A stretch of DNA of 64,000 bases. Origin: a virus. Its lineage: Duplodnaviria; Caudoviricetes. The notes under the pieces were generated by a model. That model was not told where the DNA came from, searched no databases, and saw only the letters and a list, made by a program, of their open reading frames with translations. Shown piece by piece: positions 18,328 through 25,593 of this stretch; position 1 is the first letter of the stretch; every line of letters starts with the position of its first letter. Location: positions 52,844-116,843 of IMG/VR virus record IMGVR_UViG_3300048819_000142. One strand, given 5' to 3'. The position numbers and the translations under genes are program-made.

Positions 18328-19276
18328 TCAGCTCCCTCCAGTCTGGACTTTGGGACCAGGGGGTTGGGGCCGCTTCGAGGGCAGAGAAGAGGCGCGCTTG
18401 CGCAGCTGCATCTCCAGACTTTTTGCTGAGATGCCATAAGGCATTGCGTGACTTATCCGGGAAGAGTGGGGCAAAAATCGTGGAGAGCGCGTTCGTGTCG
18501 TAGTAGTTACGAAGCGCGGAAAAAATGTTGCGAAGATCGACAGGAGGGAGTGCGCTTCCTGTAACTCTGTCGTAAGTTGAGACTGCGGAGAGTTCTGACT
18601 CGTAGTCGGAGATGCTGGCGAACGTTCCATAGACTCCTTCGATGTTGAATCCGAGGTCCTCGATGAGGGCGCCAAGCGCGGCGAACGTCATCTCGTTGAT
18701 GTGGTTTTCAGCAGCTGATCCGTTCCAGCATGGCGTGCTGATAAAGAAGTGGCAGTCGGGAGATGTGAGCTTTTGGAAGTGCTGGAGCATCCGACGACAA
18801 TGCTCAGGAGTCACGTGCTCCAGCACTTCGAACGAGGTCAGGATGTTCGGCAGCGCGTAACCGTTGCTGCTAGGCAAACCAACATCTTCCTCATCCAGTG
18901 CGCAAAAGTCGGTCTTCGTCCAGATCTTGATGGGGATCTTCTTTCCCTCAAGCATCGCGGGAACGTCGAACTCGTTCACGTCAACGCCGACGTAGTGAAA
19001 CGGCGTCATCTTGTTAACGTACAAGGTCTTGGCCAGCGGCATCTCCTTACCACAGCCGACGTCGAGTACCCTCGCGTCCTTGTACCTGTGCTGCTGATTC
19101 AGGAACTTGACCACGTGCGACCAGCGAAAACAGTGCGCGATGTAGTCACGGTGAATCAGCCCGCGTTCCTCTGCTAAGTCGAGCGACAAGAATGTCTTGT
19201 CGATCACGCGATTTTGGTTTCTTGCCATTATTCCTAAGACCTCGTCCATCGTTCCAATTTTGTACGGCAACTTCAC
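18299..19276 (-). CDS. Class I SAM-dependent methyltransferase
   Basis: VLDVGCG, FEVLEHV, ISTP. Confidence 0.8.
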   Translation of the reverse strand: MKLPYKIGTMDEVLGIMARNQNRVIDKTFLSLDLAEERGLIHRDYIAHCFRWSHVVKFLNQQHRYKDARVLDVGCGKEMPLAKTLYVNKMTPFHYVGVDVNEFDVPAMLEGKKIPIKIWTKTDFCALDEEDVGLPSSNGYALPNILTSFEVLEHVTPEHCRRMLQHFQKLTSPDCHFFISTPCWNGSAAENHINEMTFAALGALIEDLGFNIEGVYGTFASISDYESELSAVSTYDRVTGSALPPVDLRNIFSALRNYYDTNALSTIFAPLFPDKSRNALWHLSKKSGDAAAQARLFSALEAAPTPWSQSPDWRELNGQPVAVAQ

Positions 19277-19282
19277 TCTTTC

Positions 19283-19313
19283 ATAATATCACGGGTTTGC
19301 GCCCGAAATTCAG
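19283..19313 (-). promoter_or_regulatory. Phage C(C/T)G-N22-(-10) promoter
   Basis: CTGAATTTCGGGCGCAAACCCGTGA-TATTAT; -10 lies 7 nt from the GTG start. Confidence 0.6.
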
Positions 19314-19777
19314 GAATTTTTTGCAAGCAGTTCGACAAAGAACTTTCGAACAGCGTCACGATTTTCTGGCCTGTTCCAGTACCTGTTGACACCGCTCGGG
19401 TGCGGTATCACCGCCATGAAGGGGACAACTATATCAGACGGGTGCTCTGGATCCCTTATCTCGTAGTACTGCCCGTACGCGAAATTCTTCGCTCCAAAAG
19501 CCCTTGCGACGTTTGCACCGAGCAGTATGACTGGTTTGTTCCTCAGTGAGGGGAGCATCTTCTTCGCGGCAATTTTTGCGTCGACCATGGGAAACTTATC
19601 GCCGCCAATTCCCTTGCCAGGCCACTTTTGGAGTACGTTTAGCATCTCATGCTGCGCAAGCATTTCATCCTGTGTGATGCCCATAAGCATCGCAAGGAAT
19701 ACCCCGCACTTTCCCGTGAACGGTGGCTGCCCGTCAGTTTCCCGACTTGGCGCTTGACCAATCATTGTTAGCTTCAT
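19310..19777 (-). CDS. Uracil-DNA glycosylase superfamily protein
   Basis: IGQAPS...G.PF.G..G..L, ILLG..A, PHPSG. Confidence 0.75.
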   Translation of the reverse strand: MKLTMIGQAPSRETDGQPPFTGKCGVFLAMLMGITQDEMLAQHEMLNVLQKWPGKGIGGDKFPMVDAKIAAKKMLPSLRNKPVILLGANVARAFGAKNFAYGQYYEIRDPEHPSDIVVPFMAVIPHPSGVNRYWNRPENRDAVRKFFVELLAKNS

Positions 19778-20087
19778 AGCAAGAAATATCTCACTTGATT
19801 CCCACCTCCCTAATCGGAATGTCTGTGACCTCGTCTTCGTAAAACAGTCGCTTATGGACGGAATTGTCGATCGCATACTCGATCTCGTAAGTCTTGAGTC
19901 CTCCCGGCTGAAGTCCGCAGCCAAGAACACGGCCTGGAACATTCAGTTTGTAAGCAACAACGAGGACGAAGTCAAGGGGCGAGAACTTGTACGTTATGTT
20001 GGATTCCAAACTACCCTCCTAAACAAGTCCGGTCCACCCTCGCCATGGGCGAAAGTGGACCGGGAGGTTGCTTCGTACGGGCGCTGA

Positions 20088-20570
20088 TTAGGCGGCCTTG
20101 GCTTCTTTCGCTGCGCCCTTGGAACCCTTTTCCTTGGAACCCGCGGCCGGCGCCGCAGGCGCCGCAGGCGCCGCAGGCGCCGCAGCAACTCCGGCCGGTG
20201 CCGAACCGTCGGCCGCAGCAGCCGGAGTCTTGGGCTCCTTCGCGGGCTTGTCCGGAACTTCCACGTCGATTTCCTGGGAATCGGTGACTTCCTTGAGGAC
20301 GCCCATCTCGCCCAGGCGAGGCTTGTAGAACCCCAGGATCCGCTCTGCGGTCTGTTTGGTCGTCAGTCCACCCTGCTCAACGGGCTTTTTCAGCGCAGCC
20401 AGAAGATCTTCGCGCGTCATCTTGCCGCCGGCTGCCTTGATCGTATCCACAATCAGCTTTGCCTGAGGTGGGCACTTGTCATTCGCGCCGACTTCCTTAA
20501 CAACTTCGTAGCTCTTCGTCTTGATCGTCTTTTTTACAGTCGCCATATTTTGTGTTTGGGCAACCTCCAT
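20088..20570 (-). CDS. Winged-helix-like paralogue family member 1, Ala/Pro-rich tail
   Basis: PPQAKLIV...TKQTAERILGFYKPRL...G; 9-bp GGCGCCGCA repeats encode APA; start adjusted to lie downstream of the -10 at 20578-83. Confidence 0.65.
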   Translation of the reverse strand: MEVAQTQNMATVKKTIKTKSYEVVKEVGANDKCPPQAKLIVDTIKAAGGKMTREDLLAALKKPVEQGGLTTKQTAERILGFYKPRLGEMGVLKEVTDSQEIDVEVPDKPAKEPKTPAAAADGSAPAGVAAAPAAPAAPAAPAAGSKEKGSKGAAKEAKAA

Positions 20571-20577
20571 GTAGTCC

Positions 20578-20608
20578 ATCTTAGCACGACTATTTGAGCC
20601 TGAATCGG
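20578..20608 (-). promoter_or_regulatory. Phage CCG-N22-(-10) promoter
   Basis: CCGATTCAGGCTCAAATAGTCGTGC-TAAGAT. Confidence 0.55.
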
Positions 20609-20683
20609 ATTAAATAGTGTCTAACACACAAATCCGAATTTCGGATTTTACTATGTTTTTATGTGAAAGACTAACCATACCCG

Positions 20684-20780
20684 GGATGGCCAAGGCACTC
20701 ACTATGGTCATCATCTCCGCAACGGAGGTGTTCATAGGGAATACCAGTCAAACTAAAGAGTACTATCCTATGGTCAAATT
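20684..20780. repeat. Dispersed TGACCA-N60-TGACCA element, copy 2 (inverted)
   Basis: TGGTCA at 20705 and 20771 (66 bp apart), with CTCCGCAAC and CCTATGGTCAAA. Confidence 0.8.
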
Positions 20781-20937
20781 TTGAAAGATGGGTTGGTCCG
20801 AATCAATGAGGTGGGAAAGAATTAGCAGGGAATACAGAAACGCCCGGGAGTGTCCGAATCTCCCGGGCGATGCGCAAGCAGCAAGCGTGGTTCGCGCTAT
20901 AACTATTGTACCACGCAGTCAATCCGATGTTTCGGAT

Positions 20938-21411
20938 TTAACCAACGAGTGCGTCTTTTTCAACGCCTCGACGACTCCGTTCTTCACGGACATCGGAACC
21001 AGCGTCAACCAACCCCTGTTTCTCGTCGTCCGAAAGAATTGCCGGAACTCGTACAAAGTATCTGCGTAGTTCGTTGTCCTCGAACAAGCAGACCTGGTTG
21101 CGTGGAACTCCGGTCTCATTCTGGTACTGAACCCAGAGTCTGGCGCGAACCGTCTTTAGCGACCCACATCGGCGGAGCACTTTCTTCAATGATCGAAGAC
21201 GACCCTCGATCCTGGAAAATGGATCTTCGGGGGAACAGATCGCCGTCTCCATCGCAATGAAGTCGGGACGTGTATCTCCCATACGAATGACTGAACAAAC
21301 CGTTACTGCCTTGATGGGCAAGCGAGAGCCGAGTTCGGCGTGCTTGCCTTGCTTCGTGATGTGGCGAAATTCGACGATGTACGTCTTGCCATCAACCGAT
21401 AGCTTAACCAT
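20938..21411 (-). CDS. Hypothetical protein
   Basis: AAAGGAG RBS; CS..D.F....GR..L motif. Confidence 0.6.
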   Translation of the reverse strand: MVKLSVDGKTYIVEFRHITKQGKHAELGSRLPIKAVTVCSVIRMGDTRPDFIAMETAICSPEDPFSRIEGRLRSLKKVLRRCGSLKTVRARLWVQYQNETGVPRNQVCLFEDNELRRYFVRVPAILSDDEKQGLVDAGSDVREERSRRGVEKDALVG

Positions 21412-21423
21412 GTTGCGTCTCCT

Positions 21424-22542
21424 TTACTTCGTCGAGATGACCTCGGCGAGCTGAACCGCCCTCTTGAGGGCAGAAGTCTTGGTTGCTGCTTTCGGACCAA
21501 ACCACGCGCTGTATATGGCGTTGTCGCGGTCGCGACCGGCGAGGTGGTCCGCATAATACGTTGTCGCGTTGAAGGCTCCCCAAAGAGTCCCCCTGGCCGA
21601 TTCCATCTCAGCACCGGGCTGGCGCTCGATTGCCTTGAACACGTCGTAAGCCGTCCGCTTGAATTGGTCGGGATTTATGCGGGGCGATGTGGGATCGACG
21701 ATGAGCTTGGCTTGGTCCGCCTCACTCTTCTTCGCATAACCTTTTCCGAATGCCTCAATCATCATTTCCGGTTGAAACACGTCTGCTACGTACCGGATGA
21801 CAACGTCATCGTCGATGACAGTCTTTGCCAGCTTGTTTGCCGTTGACTCGAATCCCTCGAAAAGCTCGCTCGCGATACCGAGGGATATCTGTGCCTGCTG
21901 AGCAGTTTCTCCGTCAAACGCCCGAATGTGCGGCATGCGAAAGCCCTTACCGTGCGAGGATTCGTTCATCGCCATCGTGAATGTGTTCATGCACACAACG
22001 CGAATGGTGACGAACTTAATGACGAACGACTTTCCCCAAATATGCGGAGAGCTCAACAACAGATAGCCATGCACTTCGTCCCCGCCGGGGAGGACGAACG
22101 ACTTCTTGAGCTTTGCGAGAACCCATACCTGTTTCCCATCCTGGAGCGACCCAGCTGTCTCCATGCGCATGTGTCCTGCGTCGGTGAATTTCTTGAAGAA
22201 GTTGAAGGCTTGCGCGTTCTGTATAGGAATGTAGTCCTTACCAGCAGGACCAAGTATCTTGTTGTCCGAGTCGCGAACAAGCGCGAAATAATCCGACACA
22301 GACAGGGAGGTTCCTCCCATATCAAGGTAACCCTTGAAGTCTTTCGCGTCGAAGCCTTCGATCGAGAGGGACGAGGTTGCGGGGGTGAACAGGGGGCGTT
22401 TGCTGACGGTCCAATTAAGTTCCGCTGCAACAAGCATTTCTTCGGGAGTGGCGTCGTGGTCGATGGGATTTCCCAGTCCGTGCCAGGGGACGCTTGCTTG
22501 TCCCTCGTGGCGGTACGCCATTGTTTCGACTTCATGCGGCAT
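21424..22542 (-). CDS. DUF932 family phage/plasmid protein
   Basis: M.HEVETMAY, PWHGLG, Y.P.QN..AF.F, ETAGSL..G..VW, IRVVC.NT, GTLWGAFNA.T.Y.DH. Confidence 0.88.
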   Translation of the reverse strand: MPHEVETMAYRHEGQASVPWHGLGNPIDHDATPEEMLVAAELNWTVSKRPLFTPATSSLSIEGFDAKDFKGYLDMGGTSLSVSDYFALVRDSDNKILGPAGKDYIPIQNAQAFNFFKKFTDAGHMRMETAGSLQDGKQVWVLAKLKKSFVLPGGDEVHGYLLLSSPHIWGKSFVIKFVTIRVVCMNTFTMAMNESSHGKGFRMPHIRAFDGETAQQAQISLGIASELFEGFESTANKLAKTVIDDDVVIRYVADVFQPEMMIEAFGKGYAKKSEADQAKLIVDPTSPRINPDQFKRTAYDVFKAIERQPGAEMESARGTLWGAFNATTYYADHLAGRDRDNAIYSAWFGPKAATKTSALKRAVQLAEVISTK

Positions 22543-22599
22543 TACTGTAGTCTCCTTAGTAGGGGGAGGGATTCCGTTGCATCCCTCCCCACTAAGTCC

Positions 22600-22630
22600 A
22601 TTTTAACACAGGGTTAAACCACGTGATCGG
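22600..22630 (-). promoter_or_regulatory. Phage CCG-N22-(-10) promoter followed by a leader hairpin (22555-22596)
   Basis: CCGATCACGTGGTTTAACCCTGTGT-TAAAAT. Confidence 0.7.
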
Positions 22631-22665
22631 ATCAATTTTGGTCTGGAGCCGAATAGACCCCCAGA

Positions 22666-22962
22666 CTACTTGAGGGTCTCTTCCAGCTCGGCGATCTCGC
22701 GATCCAGGTCCTGGCGCTTCTCTTCCGTCGTCTTCAGGGAGCTCCTGCGAGCTTTTGCTTCGGACAGCCGACGAGCCCGCTCATCGCGAACGCGAGCAGC
22801 GATCTCTCGATCCAGATCATTCACTGCGTTATTCAGCCAGTCGGGCTTATCGAGCTTCTGAGCTTCGTACTCGGCAAAAATAGCCCGAGCATTGGCTCTC
22901 AATTCGATTAGCTCCTCCACGCTGAACTTCGCCACGGTGAGTGTTTTGAGTTTCTCGATCAT
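22666..22962 (-). CDS. Small coiled-coil protein downstream of the Ro60/TROVE gene
   Basis: AAAGGAG RBS before MIEKLK; heptad-like charged C-terminus. Confidence 0.65.
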   Translation of the reverse strand: MIEKLKTLTVAKFSVEELIELRANARAIFAEYEAQKLDKPDWLNNAVNDLDREIAARVRDERARRLSEAKARRSSLKTTEEKRQDLDREIAELEETLK

Positions 22963-23035
22963 GTTCTTTCTCCTTTCCGTGGTGCGTTCCACCACATATT
23001 TCCCTTCAGGCGTCCTTCGCGTTGCACGCTTAGTT

Positions 23036-24514
23036 TCAGGCATGGGCGAGGTCCCTTGTTTCAAGCTTAAGGACGTCGGCCAAGGACAGCAGAGGCTGCT
23101 CCATGATCTCGTCCACGAGGCTGTACCGATTGGTCCTCATGGTCTCAACCATGTTGGGCAGCGAGTAGTAGTCAGCGGCGCTGGTGATCGGGAATTCATG
23201 CAGTTCCAGTCCCTCGCCGCTGCAATTGCTTGTGAGCACGTTCCGATCTCCGGGAACGTGGTAGAAGTACACAGGAACCTGACGATCAAGCATCTTCGTC
23301 AATTCCTTGTATGCTGTTGCGAATGCCGGCGGGTGGTTCTCGCCCCCGTCAGAAACGATTGCGATACCGTCCACCGCGAACTTTCGCTCAACAATGTATC
23401 GGCACCCGACACCGATAGACGTGCTGCCATTCGCCACCATTCTTGCTGTGATCTTCTGCACATCTTCAAGGGTCTTCCCAGTAACGTCAAAGTATGTGGG
23501 TGACGTATTGAAGAATACCAGGTGAACCCTTCCTTTTGCTACTCGGGCAAGCAGCGCAGAGAGCGACTTCGCTACTTCCATGGAAACTTGCATGGAGGAC
23601 GAAGCATCAGCCAGGACCAACCAGTCACCTTCAAGGGAGGTCTTGTCGAGCTTCTTTTCCTGCACAGCTCGAACCTTCTCCTTGAACTCGTCGTCGTCCA
23701 AAGCGTCTGCTGCCTGCGACAGTTTCATCACGTTCGATGTCCCAGTCGCGACTCGGCCAAGCGCTTTTTCGAGAGCGCCTCGAAGTGTTGGATCCTTGCG
23801 AATCCCAAGCTTCTCGAGCATCTTCATGTGTGAGGTAAGCTCAGCGGGAGTCATGCGGTCGATCATAGCTGCCAGGATGTTCTTGTCCTGGAGCTTTTTC
23901 CCAAGTGCGGGGGCAGCAATGAGGAACGGAATCTTCTTTGTGAGGACCGCTCCAGCTGCTTCAAGCCCGTCCATGATACTCAAGTTGGCAATGGTGTCGA
24001 ACACCGACCCTTTCGGTCGCCCTCCCTCGAATAAGACAGACTTGTTGAATTCGGCCGGCTTCACGCGGCAGAATGCATACAGTTCGTGCATGGTTCGCCT
24101 GTGCTGCACGATGGTCCTTGTCCACTTGCCTGGATTTGCCTCCATCGAGTGCAGGTATGCCTTTACCAGCTTAGGAACAGCTTGGCGACGACCTGCCATT
24201 GATTGGGTCTTGGCGAACCGGACTCCACGCAACAGGTCCCTCGGGGAGAGCAATGCCAGGTGCGCCTTGGCATTGTCCATCAAGACAGGATCGCCGTGTT
24301 CGCGGGAGATCATGCTCTCGAGGGAGATCAACGGTAGAGCAACCTTGGCGTCCCTGATCTGGCCCTTGCGTGCATTCCAAGCTACAAGGTGTGCGAAGAA
24401 TTCGGGATCTTCCCGAGCGGCTTGCCGACCGAGCGGCAAATATTCCTCAAGTTTACCGTGCGGCGATTTTGCCAGTTCTGCAAACACACTCTGCCTCGTC
24501 AGTCCCTGTTCCAT
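23036..24514 (-). CDS. Ro60/Rsr-like TROVE + vWA domain RNA-binding protein
   Basis: DPEFFAHL..W....IRD TROVE-like N-terminus, helical middle region, vWA MIDAS DASSSM...T...SDGGEN; GAGAGG RBS 6 nt before MEQGL. Confidence 0.8.
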   Translation of the reverse strand: MEQGLTRQSVFAELAKSPHGKLEEYLPLGRQAAREDPEFFAHLVAWNARKGQIRDAKVALPLISLESMISREHGDPVLMDNAKAHLALLSPRDLLRGVRFAKTQSMAGRRQAVPKLVKAYLHSMEANPGKWTRTIVQHRRTMHELYAFCRVKPAEFNKSVLFEGGRPKGSVFDTIANLSIMDGLEAAGAVLTKKIPFLIAAPALGKKLQDKNILAAMIDRMTPAELTSHMKMLEKLGIRKDPTLRGALEKALGRVATGTSNVMKLSQAADALDDDEFKEKVRAVQEKKLDKTSLEGDWLVLADASSSMQVSMEVAKSLSALLARVAKGRVHLVFFNTSPTYFDVTGKTLEDVQKITARMVANGSTSIGVGCRYIVERKFAVDGIAIVSDGGENHPPAFATAYKELTKMLDRQVPVYFYHVPGDRNVLTSNCSGEGLELHEFPITSAADYYSLPNMVETMRTNRYSLVDEIMEQPLLSLADVLKLETRDLAHA

Positions 24515-24539
24515 GATCATCCTCTCTCGTAAAATAGCA

Positions 24540-24561
24540 GCGGCCTCCGTGTGGAGGCCGC
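24540..24561 (-). terminator. Hairpin between the RNA array and the Ro60 gene
   Basis: GCGGCCTCC-ACAC-GGAGGCCGC followed by TGCTATTTT on the minus strand. Confidence 0.55.
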
Positions 24562-24570
24562 AGAAGCAAA

Positions 24571-24632
24571 TCGCGAAGTGTCGGTTAGTGCTTTCATGCA
24601 CCCAAAGCGTGTACACTAGCCAGTGTCCGCGA
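24571..24632 (-). ncRNA. Y-RNA-like unit 1 (short hairpin cargo)
   Basis: Scaffold CGG-ACAC-TGG-N6-TACAC...N6-CCG-ACACTT-CG. Confidence 0.7.
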
Positions 24633-24650
24633 AAACGCAGAAAAAATGAA

Positions 24651-24812
24651 ACGGCCCGATGTGTCGAAGTTCTAAAATTAGCTGAGCTAATCCCCCACAG
24701 ACCTCGCAAGGTCTCCCTCACGAAATCTGTGGGGGATCTTGGATTCGAACCAAGGACCATCAGCGGTGAAGCTGAGGCTCTATCCGTGTAAGAACGCCAG
24801 TAACCGGGCCGT
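24651..24812 (-). ncRNA. Y-RNA-like unit 2 carrying a tRNA circularly permuted at the D-loop
   Basis: Scaffold + GGATAGAGC, TCAGC/GCTGA arm, CTTGG-TTCGAAT-CCAAG T-arm, ATCCCCC...GGGGGAT acceptor stem, TAGCTCAG. Confidence 0.8.
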
Positions 24813-24820
24813 AAAATCAA

Positions 24821-24951
24821 CGAGCGATGTGTCGGCATACGTCACCAAACGGCCCCCGATAAGTTTGAATGGCGGGGGGCCCGGGTATGAGCCGGACTCC
24901 GGGTATCACTACCCGAATGTTTCTACGTGTATGTATTCCAGTAACCGCTCG
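24821..24951 (-). ncRNA. Y-RNA-like unit 3 carrying a degenerate permuted tRNA-like domain with internal CCA
   Basis: Scaffold + AAAC/GTTT D-stem, GNRA-capped arm, CCGG-CTCATAC-CCGG T-like arm, CCCCCC-G-CCA...GGGGG. Confidence 0.7.
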
Positions 24952-25037
24952 AACTTAAAAAGGGAGCTGGGCCGCCTCGTTGGCCGTGAGTTTGTTGCCT
25001 GAGCTCCCCGCATCGACAAATCTGTCGACGAAAACTT

Positions 25038-25161
25038 GTCCCCGAAATGTCTGCAAGCTGTTTCGCCTTACGGCGACGGCGGATTTGACCCGCAACCTTC
25101 TGATTAAGAGTCAGACGCTCTACAAGTGAGCTACGTGTAAGCTTACAAGTGTCCGGGGGAC
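25038..25161 (-). ncRNA. Y-RNA-like unit 4 carrying tRNA-Lys(CTT) D, anticodon and T arms
   Basis: Scaffold + TAGCTC-ACTTGTA-GAGC, TCTGA-CTCTTAA-TCAGA, AGGTT, GCGG-GTCAAAT-CCGC; no acceptor stem or CCA. Confidence 0.8.
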
Positions 25162-25174
25162 ACCATAATAACTT

Positions 25175-25249
25175 GATCCCGAAGAGTCGGTGTGCTATTT
25201 TTGTGCTGATAGATGGGATATCATGTAAGCACGCCAGTGTCCGGGAATC
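25175..25249 (-). ncRNA. Y-RNA-like unit 5 (short cargo)
   Basis: Scaffold CGG-ACAC-TGG-CGTGCT-TACAT...AGCACA-CCG-ACTCTT-CG. Confidence 0.7.
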
Positions 25250-25336
25250 GGAAACTTTTTCGCCGGGGGTTGCTATTGCCCGACAGCATTTCGATGTCTT
25301 GCTGAGTTGTTAAGCTCAGTTAGCTAACATATAATC

Positions 25337-25367
25337 ATTGTACAACAAGGATTGTCGGGTGTAACGG
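25337..25367 (-). promoter_or_regulatory. Phage CCG-N22-(-10) promoter upstream of the RNA array and Ro60 gene
   Basis: CCGTTACACCCGACAATCCTTGTTG-TACAAT. Confidence 0.7.
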
Positions 25368-25593
25368 ACAATTTTTCGGACAAAATCAATTCACTGTCTC
25401 GTAGCCCGGTAGACCCGGAAGACCTGCATCCCTCAAACTTGCATGCACGTTCGCCCTAACGTATGCCAAGACCTTACGTCGTTCTACCGAATCCTCAGAA
25501 GATAAAAGCAGTATGAATTCGGGAGCGCTCATGTGTAGCTCAATAACAAGGTCATCGAGCGTAGGAAGTTCAGTTGAGATATCCACCACCTTA

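Noticed and set aside
23580-24791. Long plus-strand ORFs (403 aa here; also 59389-60246 and 60679-61695)
   Set aside because: Antisense shadows of well-supported minus-strand genes, Ser/Arg-rich with no recognisable motifs
24515-24838. N-terminal 108 aa of the 600-aa ORF 23036-24838
   Set aside because: Runs through RNA units 1-2 and a terminator-like hairpin; a good RBS precedes MEQGL at 24514, where the TROVE-like sequence begins
25075-25135. Ordinary tRNA-Lys gene
   Set aside because: No 7-bp acceptor stem or CCA; embedded in the shared scaffold
24571-25249. CRISPR array interpretation of the repeated motifs
   Set aside because: Repeats are split 5'/3' arms that covary and pair, unit lengths vary from 62 to 162 nt, and no cas genes are visible
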